NCBI RefSeq assembly: GCF_006345805.1
Contig: NC_043005.1
Location: forward strand, 100,006,001-100,070,000
Origin: Octopus sinensis
Taxonomy: Eukaryota
Length of the DNA: 64,000 nucleotides
Direction: 5' to 3'
Below the pieces are notes generated by a model that had not been told where the DNA came from, made no database searches, and saw only the letters and a program-made list of their open reading frames with translations. A program made the translations under genes and the position numbers. The stretch's first letter is position 1; each line of letters starts with the position of its first letter. Shown here piece by piece: positions 26,100 to 39,116 of this stretch.

Positions 26100-27035
26100 A
26101 CATCTCTTTTCAGCCAGAGCCATCTAGACACGTTCTCTTTAACTACTACGTTGTTCTTCATGCTTCTTATTCTACTTTTTCCATATACCCTGCTTCTGTA
26201 TTTCCAATTCTTTGTTTGTCTGCAATGCCTTCCATCTTATTTTGTGTTCCCACAACAATTATTGGATGAGACACTTTGGATTCCTTTGTGCAGGTGTACT
26301 ACGTGTAATCTCATACCTACGACATCATGAATTCTTCCCAGGCAAAATTGAATGGGAGCCTGAGTTTGTTACCGCTCCCTCACAAATCTCTAATAATGTC
26401 CAGATTATTCTTAGGAGGATCTCATTCTGGCAAACAAACCTTGAACCTTCCTGGTAATTTAGACATGTTTATGATTCTCAACCAGCTTTCTAAGTTTGCT
26501 CTAGTTACCTTCATGATGTCCTTAAGACCTTCCAGAGACATTTCATTAGTTTTCCTGTGACAGAAAGAATCTTATATTTCCCTAACTTGAAGTAGTACTC
26601 ATTTGTGACTTTTCCGTTTTTTTAGAGGCTTTACTCCTGTCAGCTGAGGAGATCTCAATGCTCCTTCCTTGCTGATGTAACCAGCATGTTCATTGCAGAC
26701 ACAAAGAGAGACATTGAGATGGTGTACCCATTATTTATTCCCACTTCAAGTCGGTGCCAGTCAGAGGTCAGCTTGCCAGAAGAAACCCTCAGCCTGAACT
26801 TGCTGTAGTAGTTTGTGATGAGGTCTTTTACTTTTGCGGTACATGATATCTCTCTAGTGCAACTTCAACCAGCTTATGTTGTATCAAGTCATAGGCTCCG
26901 GCCAAGTCTAGCCACAGTACAGCTAAATTTACTCTTTTCTGTTGTGTCTCTCTTATGAGTTGTATTTCTACTCCACAGGGGTCAAGAACAACCTTTTTGC
27001 TGACATTTGTGATTTTGGCTTTCACACACTCATGA
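26100..27035 (-). pseudogene. HERO-like (R2 superfamily) LINE relic, RT and downstream part
   Basis: QLIRETQQKRVNLAVLWLDLAGAYDLIQHKLVEVALERYHVP, then YYSKFRLRVSSGKLTSDWHRLEVGI, LPGRFK, LPFNFAWEEFMMS. Confidence 0.8.
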
Positions 27036-27039
27036 GTAC

Positions 27040-28603
27040 AGAACATAAGAAATTAATCTACATCTTAATTATTAGACTAATATAATCATGGATATAATTT
27101 TAAGTGAGTATGATATCAATTTTTCATTACAACTTGGTTGAAAATATTGCTATGATGGTGTAGTGTTTAAGAGCTGATTGGAAGTGTCATTCTAGTGCAT
27201 TGGGAGGTCATTGTGTTGCAGTGTTGCAAATATTAAATTAAGTTTGAAATACGAAAGAAGCTGATCAGAAGAATTTTAAACTTTTTGGCAGTCATTTAGC
27301 AAGTATTTTGAGAACATTTAATACCAAAGATCATATCAGTGTTTAACATTAACCAAAGTATCTATACTGATCTTTATTCCTTTGAACAGACCTGAATTAG
27401 ATCAGCACCACACCAACCATACGCAAACAGCTAGGTCACCTGTGGGAGCTCACTGAGGTTAGTGATGGCAATAAACTTGCTCAGCTTCATGAATCTGGTT
27501 TGGAGGCCGATGACAAATTGTTCAGAAAACTCATAACAACTTTAGGGGGAAAGCCAGGCCAAAGCAAAAATTCAAAAGACACATTCACCAGGTATTTGTT
27601 GAAATAGACAGGAATACCATGGTGCAAGAACATTCCACAAAATATTGCTCCTTTAGATACATGGATGAAGGACCTTTGAAAGAAATAGATTCCTTAGCGA
27701 ATTATATTACATCAAAATCTGAAGACTAAAAGTGAGTTAGAAACATTTGGATTCGTTTTTTGCATCATTCTTATAATCATCAGGTAAATTTTTCCAGATT
27801 TTTTGCAAAATGCAGATAATCTCTAACACATTTTGTCTAGTAAATCCTTCCTATTTATTTTGCTTCTTTAGTCTGTTACAACTGTCCCTTGTCCTACCAT
27901 ACCCACATGTCACTTTGAAAAGTAAAAAACTCTCAAAAGGATTGATATATTTAGCATAAAAAACTCAACCAAAATTTGATGAATTTTGATGGATAAAAGT
28001 TATAGAAAGGTGTATCAAATATCAATTAGTTCTTTTGTAAAAAGTGCAAAGGGTAATATTTTGGAATCTGATATTTAATTGAGCATATATCTTAAATTTT
28101 CAAAATCCAATAGCCTTTAGATGTTGCCTGGTGCCCCTTTTCCCCCCAAAATTACAAAATTCTTGATAAAATTTGAATAAATTTTGCTGGATTTTAGGGA
28201 TAAATTCCCTAACATCAACGATAACTTCACTGTTTCTGAAGTTGCAAAAAAAAAAAAAAAAGAAAGAATTTGAATAAAATCTATTCTTAGTCACATTTCT
28301 TCCCTTGGATGACACAAAAAGAAAACAAACAAAAAATTATTTATTCTTTTATTTAAATAGAATTTTCAAGCCATTTTTTTCATTTTGGTGAATTTTAGCA
28401 GGTAAAATTTTGACACTGTTCACGTATTATTGTTTATCTGCATGTATGTCCCAAGTTCAAAATGCCATAAAATTTCTTAAAATTGAAATTTTGCTCAATT
28501 TTTTTTGTGTGTGTGTTAGCTTAGACATTTATAGTCATTTTCAGAAATTACAACAAAGTATACATTTGGAGACCTTCGATTTTGGGGTATGTTCAGCCCT
28601 GGG
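27040..28603 (+). mobile_element. Chapaev/Transib-like (RAG1-core-related) DNA transposon relic: transposase C-terminus and right end
   Basis: LASILRTFNT (about 27290-27330), then open 27401-27591 ISTTPTIRKQLGHLWELTEVSDGNKLAQLHESGLEADDKLFRKL...NSKDTFTR; right end reverse-complements to CCCAGGGCTGAACATACCCC; left end not identifiable. Confidence 0.65.
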
Positions 28604-30000
28604 TTTGCATTACTCCTGTGTGTTCAAGGCATCTGGAGCCATCTGTTATTCCTTCCCTTCTGAACCTACTTGTCAATGTAACCATTGTTGAGCAGAAAAT
28701 TGGTGAGTCCCTTAGACACAATGCTGAAGGAAATCCTGCTCCCCATGCAGAGCAAGGAGATGATTCAAAATTCTCAGCTGTCTTCTTTTCTCATGGTTTG
28801 GCAACCTTCCCTCTCCTCTGAATCATCTTCATGGCCTTCCAAAGCCAATGGAATACTTTTGAACAATCCTTGTCAACATTATATGGCACTCAGGTCTGGT
28901 TATCAGTTAGATCTTTCCCTTCTTACGACTTCTTCCACTTCTCTCAGGTAAAGATCTTTCTTTCTAGTTGAATCTTATTTTTGGTCCTGATGATGCTGTG
29001 ACTTGCGTGTGGCTCGGTGGTTGGTCTCTCTCACTGTCACTGCAAACACTCATGACTTGCTTATTAATAGAGTCCTTGGAACAGATCAACCAATCAGTTT
29101 TCTGACTGAGAAGCTGCTTTGTCAATCTGCAGGGTTTAGCCAAGAATGCAGTTCTCTTCTTTGCTCTTTCTCTTTATCACATTTTATGGCTCTCTGCTCT
29201 CAACAGTATCATATGCTCCTCTCTGAGGATTGCCTGAAGATCTGCCACACTAGCCATTTCAACCTCCCCTGTTTCTTGCTTTCTTTCCTGAATGATTTAA
29301 GCTCTTGCCTGAGATGCTGGATTTTCATTGCTCTGCTGTCAAGTGCATAGGCTGATGGTATGGACCTGGTCCCAAAATGCCCAGCGTTAAAGTTTACTAT
29401 GATGAGGGCAATTGTTTTCAACTTGTTCATATATCTCTTGGCAGCCCTTTCTAATATTCAATCGACATCCTTGACAAACTGCAACCACTCAGATATCTTC
29501 AATGGATGGGGTCACTAGATCCTTGGTTGTGTCATGTGACTACAGTCAACCAGTAAATCAGCTATAAAGCCACAAGCAGTGGCTTGGGTGACCCATACAG
29601 GCTCTGGACACTGGTTTGACTCCAGCTCAGGCTCCTTCTGCATCTCACCAAATCTTCTGTGCACTCTGTTATCATTTCTGCTGTCCAACATCTCATCCTG
29701 GCTTTGGTGAATTCTCAAGCCTCTTATGGTCTTTCAGGCCTCACTGCAGATGCACTGATCTTTCAACGGTCCATTCTTCTCAGCTATTGTTTCACTGTCC
29801 AGTGTTGTCTTCTGGTCCGTCTGTTTAAGGTGCTCTTCCTTATGCAAGCACCCCTGGGTATCTTTTCCTTATGGGTCTCATAGCTTGCTTCAGTTCTCCT
29901 TTACAGAAGATGTAGGTGGGGTAGCCAAGCTACTCCACCACAGTTACTGTCACTCCAACTACCCTCTGTCCATCAAGCTGACACTTCTCTACTCATGATA
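28604..30000 (-). pseudogene. HERO-like LINE relic, region upstream of and into the RT
   Basis: Frameshifted WLQFVKDVD*ILERAAK, SRAMKIQHLRQELKSFRKE, WLWKAMKMIQRRGK, ISLLCMGSRISFSIVSKGLTNFLLNNGYIDK*VQKG, CLEHTGVM. Confidence 0.8.
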
Positions 30001-30884
30001 GTTTGTTATAAATATTTATAAATTGAATCAATGTTTATGCCTTATAGGATATATAATGATCAAATGTGTGAGAGAGAGAGAGAGAGTGTGTGAGTGTGTG
30101 TGTGTGTGTGTGAGTGTGTGTGCATTCAAAGCCATACTTTCATGTCTGGATGAATGGGATCTGATCTGATTGTCTGATATCTATTTTCCTATTCCAGCAT
30201 GGATTTAGGCAGAGATTTATTTGAGGCAGGATTTTAAGTCAGATGCTATTCATGTTGCCTTTTTCTTTTTGTTGCCTTCTGATTCATTTACAAAATATCC
30301 TTCATCCTACTAACATGGAATAAATAAAAACTTTCTATGATAGCATGAAATTCTAACATTATCACTAACTTTTTAGTCATGATTAACAGAAGTGAAACCG
30401 GTTGACAATGTGAATATATTATTTCATAAAAAATATATTTTTTGTTCAATGTAAAATTTCTGTGTATTTTGCTTCTTTATATATTTTTCACTACAATTCA
30501 CCCTGTGGAAAAATTTTTTATTGAACCTTTTCACTATATGTATATATATTATAATTGTTTTATGCCCACTTTTTATATTGGCATGGGTCAGAAATGTCCA
30601 CATAGTCCAATTCAATTTTTATTCAGAATTCCTACCCTCCTAATCAGATGGGTTACCATATACTGCTCAATTCTTTTGGCATCTTTGTTATAGATATAGC
30701 TTCAAAAATTTTAACATTTGTATAATTTTAATGGAAATATTTAAAAAATTAAGTATACTCTTGATTGCTAAAGCAGGAGTAGAAAGTATTTGTCAGTCTA
30801 GAGTACTGAGCCAATTAGAATTATATGCCTGGATCTACTATAACGCAATATCTGTAGTCATATTTAAACAACTGTGGCTAGTTG

Positions 30885-31165
30885 TTTGTTCCTTGTTGAG
30901 CCATGCCTGGCTCATAAAGGCCAGTTTCCTTGGCGTATAGGTTCCCCACCTGGACGGGATGCTGGTCTGTTGCAGGTGAGCTGCAAGATGCAGGAGGAAA
31001 GAGTGAGAGAAAGTTGTGGCACAAGAGTCAGCAGAAGTTTGCTAGAGCCGCATGGAGCTTAGGTGTTTCACTCATAAACATACACATTGCCTGGTCTGAG
31101 ATTCAAACCCACGATCCCTCAACTGCAAGTCCACCGCTCTAGCCACAAGGCCATGTGGCTCCACT
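30885..31165 (-). mobile_element. tRNA-derived SINE family C
   Basis: Minus-strand head gtggagccacatggccttgtggctagagc...ggtttgaatctcagacc; homologous copy at 34071-34347. Confidence 0.8.
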
Positions 31166-31227
31166 TCAACTTAGGGTAGTGGATAGAGAGAATCATAAGA
31201 GCCATGTACAAGATGTTTTGTAGTAGT

Positions 31228-31420
31228 TACTTGTTTCAGTCATTTGACTATGGCCGTGCTGGAGCACCGACTTTAGTTGAGCAAATCAACTCCAGGACTT
31301 ATTCTTTGTAAGCCTAGTAATTATTCTATCGGTCTCTTTTGCCGAACCGATAAGTTACAGGGATGTAAACACACCAGCATCGGTTGTCAAGCGATGTTGT
31401 GGGGACAAACACAGACACAC

Positions 31421-31469
<49 letters not shown>

Positions 31470-31635
31470 TATGACGGGCTTCTTTCAGTTTCCGTCTACC
31501 AAATCCACTCACAAGGCTTTGGTTGGCCTGAGGCTATAGTAGAAGACACTTGCCCAAGGTGCCACACAGTGGGACTGAACCCGGAACCATGTGGTTGGTA
31601 AGCAAGCTACTTACCACACAGCCACTCCTACACCT
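31228..31635 (-). mobile_element. CORE-type SINE family B
   Basis: Near-consensus head, core and tail. Confidence 0.9.
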
Positions 31636-32199
31636 TGTGAACTTTTAAGTTCTGAGTTCAAACCCCACTCAGGTTAACTTTTCCTTTCATCCTTTTTCGG
31701 TGGGGGTGGGTGGGAAGGGGGGCTCAGTAAAATAATTCCTGTTGAGTTCTGGGTGGGAGTTAATCTATTCCACCCCACCCTCCAAATATGCAGTCTTGCA
31801 TCCGTATTAGAAATCAATATCTAAACTGCTGCCCATCAGCCGTTAGTGTAACAACTTTCCACAGCCAGTGAGTCTCATCACCTCTCGAAAACAAACAATC
31901 GTAAAACAGCAGAAATATAAAATAATTTTGTGTTCCATAATTACATCCGTTGTAAGTTCTTGTTTAGACAGAACTCATTTGTCAACTTACAAACGAGAAC
32001 ATTACATAACAAGCAATTAGAAAACTTCTTGTCTGCCTCTGTGTAAGCAGTATTGTGTATTTGAAAGTGTCTGCAAGTGTGTGTGTGTGTGTGTGTGCGT
32101 GCATGTACACGTTTGTCTGTATGCGTGTGCTTGTTTGTTGGCAAGCATAATGGTCAATAAAAAAGTGGCATATCTATCGCACTTTCTCTGATTTTTCTT

Positions 32200-32660
32200 G
32201 AGATTATTATTATTATTGTTGTTGTTGACGTTGCTGCTATTGCTGCTTTTATTGTTTCTGTTGTTGTTACTGATTACTGTTGCTGCTGTTACCATTACAG
32301 TAACAACTACACTTCTTATAAATTTGTGGCTTTGTTCCAATGAAGCAAATTATTATTATCATTATTGTTGCTACAACAAGTACTACTACTACTACTACTT
32401 GTACTGTTATTTTCATTATCATAATAATAATAATAATAATTATAATTATCATCATCATTATTATTATTATTATTAATGATGATGATGATGATTATTATCA
32501 TGATCATTATTATTGTTATTATCAACAAGATATTGCTTATCATTATTACAAATATATGTGATGTTTAAATATATTTAAGAAGCTATAATAATCATTATCC
32601 ACAAGAACGGCATTATAATCCTCATTACCACCGTTGCTGCTGCCACTGCTGCTACTACTA
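32200..32660. repeat. Compound trinucleotide field (TTA/TTG/CTA/GAT)
   Basis: Seen directly. Confidence 0.9.
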
Positions 32661-33265
32661 CTTATTTCAATTATTGACCTCTTATTGCCCGCCCCCCTCC
32701 TCCCCCCACATGTGGAGCTATCAAGACTCTTGATATATTTTTCAGATATCTGACTTTGGTGCCAAATAAAATGGATTTCCTGATTTCTTGGCAGCTAAAA
32801 GTTTTGTGGATGAGTCAGCAGCAGCAGCAGGATGAAGCCAATATAATATTTAGTGGAACAATTTAAAATGGAACAGTTTCGCAGGAGCCAGACTAGTGAG
32901 AAAACATTCTGTTTCTCACCAACACCAACCAAGGAAGCAGACGGCAACGGACGAAACAAAGTTAGGATCTCGATACCACTTCATTCAAACTAATAATGTC
33001 TGTATTATCCGAGGAAGGCAATGGACATCTTGGAATAAAATTCTCCAATGTTGTAGATTTCCAAGCCTTTGTCTACATAACAAATCTTCTGTCTATTATG
33101 GGTGTGGGAATGGCTGTGGGGCAAGAAATTTGCTTCCCAGCTACAGGGTTCTGAGCTCAATCCTAGAGTGTGGCACATTGGGAAAATGTCTTCTATATAC
33201 CTGGGTCTACCACAGCCTTATGGGTGGATCTGATAGACAGGAACTGATATATATATATATGACTA

Positions 33266-33303
<38 letters not shown>

Positions 33304-33494
33304 GAGTGAGAGAGCAGTGCATGCCATCAAAGTGACACTGGGGTACAATTGTACGAAGCCCAGTATACCTGATAAGTTACCTTATCCCTTTCAACCTTTC
33401 AACATAAAACCAATGTTTCGGTCAAGCACCAGAAAGAATAGGATAATCTGCTCTGACCTCTTTTCTTTCTCTATTGTTTTGTTTTCTCTTTTAC

Positions 33495-33704
33495 TTGTTT
33501 CAGTAATTAGACTACGGCCATGCTGGGGCACCACTTTGAAGAATTCTTAGTTGAACGAATTGACCCCAGAACTTATTTTGCTTTTTAAGCCTGATACTTA
33601 TTCTATCAGTCTATTTCACTGAACTGCTAAGTTGCGGGGCACCTAAACACACAAACAACAATTGTCAAGCGATGACATTGGTGGGGACAAACACAGACAC
33701 AAAA

Positions 33705-33737
<33 letters not shown>

Positions 33738-33905
33738 GACTCATATATATAAATACAATAGGCTTCTCTCAGTTTCTGTCTATCGAATTCACTCACAAGG
33801 TCTGAAGCTATTGTAGAAGACACTTGCCCAAGCTATCTCAGTGGGTCTGAACTCAGAACCATGTGGTTGGGAAGCAAGCTTCTTACCACACAGCCAAGCC
33901 TACGC
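33495..33905 (-). mobile_element. SINE family B-related variant
   Basis: Head, core and tail homologous to other copies. Confidence 0.8.
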
Positions 33906-34004
33906 CCGAAAGTGTCTGCAAATATGTATGTATTTGTATGTACACAAATATGTATTATTCTATGTGTGAGTGAGTGAAATGATAGTAAATTGGCAATGAA
34001 AGAG

Positions 34005-34795
34005 CAGCATAAGAGAATACGCTCCATCAGACATTTGCCATATTCTGAACGCCTTACTTCCCTGGGCATGTTCCTTCTCAAGCCATGCCTGGCTCATAGG
34101 GCCGGTTTCCCGGTTTCCTTGGTGTATAGGTTCCTCACCTGGATGGGACGCTGGTCCGTCGCAGGTGGAAAGAGTGATAGGAAGTGTGGCGAAAGAGTTA
34201 GCAGAAGTTCGCCAATACCTTCTGCCGGAGCCGCGTGGAGCTTAGGTATTTCGCTCATAAACACACACATCACCCAGTCTGTGATTCGAACCTGCAATCC
34301 CTTGACTGCGAGTCTGCTGCTCTAACCACAAAATCATGTGCCTTCACACTTCCCTGGGCATGGATACATTGAAACTCCAATGTCTGGCAGCTGACTTGGC
34401 AGACACCCATAAAATTATTAACCATCTTACAAACAATAACTCTGAGCACCTTTTCAAACTCCACCTGTGGACATGTTTACAAAGTCGGAAAACAGCACAG
34501 CTCCCATGACTTTCGGAAACATTTTTTCACGCTAAGTGTTGCTGAAGTATGGAACAAACTGCCGGTATCAGTTGTTAGTTGTTGGAGCACTGCATCCTTC
34601 AAAACTTCCATGATTCCTGAGATTCGCCAACACTACACCTGATTTTCTCCCCTCCATACACACGCAAGCATGTATTTGACTCATACACTGTTCATTTCCC
34701 AGACATTTGTACATTACTGCATATGCTTTATACGCAACTTTGATAAGTTGTGGTGCACCTGAGCACTGTATACAATAATTTCAGTATTATTATTA
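34005..34795 (+). pseudogene. CR1-clade LINE 3' end, interrupted by a SINE
   Basis: LPYSERLTSLGM/DTLKL..LAADLADTHKII...RKHFFTLSVAEVWNKLP..VV...SFK; 3' UTR ending in (TTA)n. Confidence 0.85.
34071..34347 (-). mobile_element. SINE family C with TSD
   Basis: 15-bp TSD ACTTCCCTGGGCATG at 34056-34070 and 34348-34362. Confidence 0.9.
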
Positions 34796-35269
34796 TCATA
34801 AAGGCAGTAGAATTGCAGTGCAATTATATAGAAGAACAGTGTAATGGCAGTGGAAGAGCAGTGTAATAGCAATGGAAGAGCAGCGTTATGGCAGTGGAAA
34901 AGTTGATGTCATTAACTCCACTCTACTCCATTCACTACAGCTTGTGGCTTTGTAACAATGGAGATGGTAAGAAAAGCTCGTTAAGATAACACAGAACTGG
35001 ATAAAATTCACTAAAATGCTTATTGTTGACCCTCCAGCTTCTAAGTCAACAACCACTACTAGGACACTAAATGAAAAGGTCACTAGCTTACTTGGTCACA
35101 AAGTCACTATGTCACAAGGTTACTAGGAATTGTTTATTCTTACTGGGTTTTTGTTTCGTTGTGTTCAGAAACTGCCAACTTTACATTTGTCTGTCAACAT
35201 TCTGTCAGCTGAATAGCGAGGTCGATTGAACTATGAAGTTTCTCTTTATCAATCAGACATCAGACTAAC

Positions 35270-35378
35270 CGAGAGACAGACAGACAGATAGATCGAAAGA
35301 TAGACAGATGGATGGATAGAAAGATAGACAGATAATATATAAAAATGTAGACTGGCAGCTACACAGACAGGTATATAT

Positions 35379-35445
<67 letters not shown>

Positions 35446-35458
35446 TAGATAGATAGAT

Positions 35459-35513
<55 letters not shown>

Positions 35514-35735
35514 TGAGGCATTTCCCCTCCATATTTTGAAGAGGTCTTAGGCCAGCAGTGTTTGAGGTCTGAAGATATGCTATGAGGCCAAAACATTTAT
35601 GTACAAGAAAACCAGGGCAACCCCATAAGCTGACCTCTCTCATTATGATACTGCTTTACATCTTAGAGTGTGCTTCACTTCCGGATTTATACATTTCTAC
35701 AAATGATATATATATATATAAGTGTGTGTGTGTGC

Positions 35736-35772
<37 letters not shown>

Positions 35773-36006
35773 GACAGATAGACAGAAAGATAAGCAAATA
35801 TACGTATAGAGAGATAATGAGATAAAAATGTAGCTAGATAGAATTATATATAGAAGGATAAGCAGGTAACACATACAAATAAACAAATGGACAGACAGAC
35901 AGACAGGCAGATAGCTAGATAGATAGATAGAGAGAGAGCGAGATAAGCAGACAGACAGAAAGGCAGACAGACAGATAGATAGATAGGTACATAGAAAGAC
36001 AGATAA

Positions 36007-36043
<37 letters not shown>

Positions 36044-36100
36044 AAGACAGATAGATAGATACATACATACATACATAGAAAGACAGATAAATAGACAGAC

Positions 36101-36168
<68 letters not shown>

Positions 36169-36525
36169 TAGATATTTCATTTAATTGTAAAAGATATTGC
36201 ATTACAAAATGATAGTTTACAATAACAGGTCCTCAATAGAGAGGAGGTCATATACAAAAGGAGTTCTGTTCTGAATATAAAGGAAAACAAAAACCAATAC
36301 TGATAACAAGAGTTTGGTAAACAGTAGAATGGTGAAATTAGTGAGATAACCAAATAAGTAATGCTCTTAGACTAAGCTGTCTTCTAAAATATTTCAATAT
36401 TTCTGTTATAAAAGATAGAAATGAAAGGATGAAAGAATAAATATATTAAAATATTGACCTTGGAGACAAAGGTAAGATAGATGAGACAAAACAATATAAG
36501 TATATGTATACATATGTATGTATAA

Positions 36526-36573
<48 letters not shown>

Positions 36574-36636
36574 TATACATACATATATATATATATACAT
36601 ATATATATATACATTATATACATATAAATATACATA

Positions 36637-36674
<38 letters not shown>

Positions 36675-36825
36675 CATATATATACATATATACATACATA
36701 TATATACATATATATACATATACATACATATATATATACATATATATATATACATATACATACATATATATACATACATACATACATACATATACATACA
36801 TACATATACATACATATATATATAC

Positions 36826-36864
<39 letters not shown>

Positions 36865-36903
36865 CATATACATATATATACATACATATATATACATACT
36901 TAC

Positions 36904-36937
<34 letters not shown>

Positions 36938-37040
36938 GAGTGTGTGTGCTTGACAGACATAGATACAACATGCACATACATATATACATAAATATGATAT
37001 GCATATATACATTCATATATACACACAAACACACCTATAT
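35270..37040. repeat. (GATA/GACA)n arrays (about 35270-35510 and 35760-36170) and a (TACA/TA)n array (about 36500-37040)
   Basis: Seen directly. Confidence 0.95.
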
Positions 37041-37300
37041 ACGAGGGGTGTGGCTCCATTAATCTTCTGCAACGGTCACCTATGAGTTGTCTTTATCTAC
37101 TTATCTTGTAGTTCAGACATTGATACCCAGTTTGTAGCGATGGAGGCGTAGTTCTATAACTGAAGAACAATGTGTCTTTATTCAGTTCTTACAATCTTTA
37201 TCTCTATTATTAAATCATTGAACATTGTTAAGTTTGGCAGAGTGAAACATAACTGTATCCTTTTACATACAAAATATTGCTGTTTAGAATTGCCGGTCAG
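37040..37300 (+). mobile_element. mariner-like left end relic
   Basis: TA/CGAGGGG terminus; MEA*..EEQCVFIQF resembles a mariner transposase N-terminus. Confidence 0.4.
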
Positions 37301-37996
37301 TAGAGTTTGGGGTGGGTTTGAATGCAATTAGAGGAACTGAGAGAGAGAGATGAGGGGAGAGAAAAGAGAGAGAGGGAGGGATAGACAGAGTAGTGGTGGT
37401 GGTCATGAAAGAAATTGGCTAGAATCGTTAGAAATAAATATACCGTATGTTTGGTTCTAAGTGGAAAAAAATCCACTAATATTTCACATAGACCCGTTTT
37501 TTTAATCAAAAACAGAAGGGATCTGTCTCTAATGCAGTTATGCCTTCCACGTGGGACTTTTTTCTCTAGTTGCTATTTAACCCTTCAGCATTCGGATTAC
37601 TATGTCAAATGTAATGGTTACTTATCCTTACCCACATTGTCTTGTATTAGTCATGCTTTATCTCGGTTCTCAACCATTTTTTACCTATGGACCGCTTTGA
37701 TTCCTGTTTCACTCAGATGGACCTACATAACCATTTGATGCTTAACTTTCTTGGGACATCCAGTTCAAACTATCTGCCAAAGTGAAACATCAGCCCAATG
37801 AAACAAACATTGTGAATGGTTGGTTTTGAAGTGTAATAGCCAATCAGAGATCATCTCTTTCAGTTCATTTTCTTTTGTTTTTGTTTTTCCACAGAAACAT
37901 TTATCCTTATCACTTTATTTACATGTATTGGGTTCTGTTGTGTCTGGGGAGAGTAATTTTCTTTTTGTACCTTATAATGTAACTCACTCACCGATA

Positions 37997-38526
37997 AAAT
38001 TTCCACTTATTTCTTATTTTTATTTTCCTAAAATTTTCATTGTGTCTTGCAACCTTTTCAATAGTCTTTAGAGTTACCACCAAAATTCGCTACATATAAA
38101 AAGGTCAGAAAAATGGATTGTCTGTCTGAAATTGAAGAAACGTTCTTAAAATAAAGATGGAGGTTAGGACAATACAACAACAACAACACAAACATACAAA
38201 ACCAAAACAACAACAATAACAATAGCAGTGTTGATGACAACAATAGTGGCAATAACAACAACAATGACAACATTCCTCACTCAGACAACTATAACAACAA
38301 CAACACAAGCTTACAAAACAGAAACAACTATTATAACAACAACATTAACGATGACAACAGCAACAATAACAACAAGAACATCCCACACACAACGATAACA
38401 ACCACATCGTTCACACCCCTACCAACAACACCACCCACAACAATAACAATAAAAGAGAGTCAAGACTATTGAAAAGGTTGCAAGACGCAACAAAAATTTT
38501 AGGAAAATAAAAATAAGTGGAAATTT
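37997..38526. repeat. Inverted repeat pair of about 65-70 bp enclosing an (ACA)n-rich tract
   Basis: 37997-38068 reverse-complements 38462-38526 apart from a small indel and a few substitutions. Confidence 0.8.
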
Positions 38527-38624
38527 GTGGGCAACTGGGGTCCTCTTGACACTTAGGGGTCTGTATAAGATTTTGTCATTAAAATTCATGTGCAATTAAT
38601 TGGTTATACTTCAACAATTTCTTT

Positions 38625-38990
38625 TATTTGTTTCAGTCATTTGACTGCGGCCATGCTGGGGCACCATCTTTAGTTAAAAAACTCAACCCCATGACTTATT
38701 CTTTGTAAGCCTAGTACTTATTCTATCAATCTCTTTTGCCAAACCGCTAAGTTACCAGGACATAATCACATCAACATCGGTTGTCTTGCAATGGTGGGTG
38801 AACAAACACACACACACATATATACAATAGACTTCTTTCAGTTACTGTCTACCAAATCCACTCACAAGGCTTTGGTCGACCCAAGGCTATAGTAGAAGAC
38901 ACTTGCCCAAGGTACCACGCAGTGGGACTGATCCCGGAACCATGTGGTTGGTAAGCTAGCTACTTACCACACAGCCACTCCTGTGCCTAT
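38625..38990 (-). mobile_element. CORE-type SINE family B directly downstream of a 5S copy
   Basis: Head ataggcacaggagtggctgtgtggtaag at 38990, standard core and tail. Confidence 0.88.
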
Positions 38991-38996
38991 AGAGTG

Positions 38997-39116
38997 ACGC
39001 TTACAGCACCTAGGTTTCCCAAGCGGTCACCCATCTAAGTACTAACTAAGCTCGACGTTGCTTAACTTCAGTAATTGGATGAGAACCGGTGCTTTCAACT
39101 TGATATGGCTACTGGT
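38997..39116 (-). rRNA. Dispersed 5S rRNA copy (120 nt), probable pseudogene
   Basis: CCATATCAAGTTGAAAGCACCGGTTCTCATCCAATTACTGAAGTTAAGCAACGTCGAGCTTAGTTAGTACTTAGATGGGTGACCGCTTGGGAAACCTAGGTGCTGTAAGC follows metazoan 5S; box A intact, box C nearly so; no T-run after the gene. Confidence 0.9.

Noticed and set aside
27390-27731. Apparent two-exon host gene (acceptor at 27389, donor at 27592, second exon 27657-27731) with an in-frame TAG at 27398-27400 that might be recoded to Trp by A-to-I editing
   Set aside because: The peptide is better explained as a frameshifted Chapaev/Transib-like transposase: homology continues upstream of the acceptor, the supposed intron is open in the frame of the second exon, and a transposon-like end follows.
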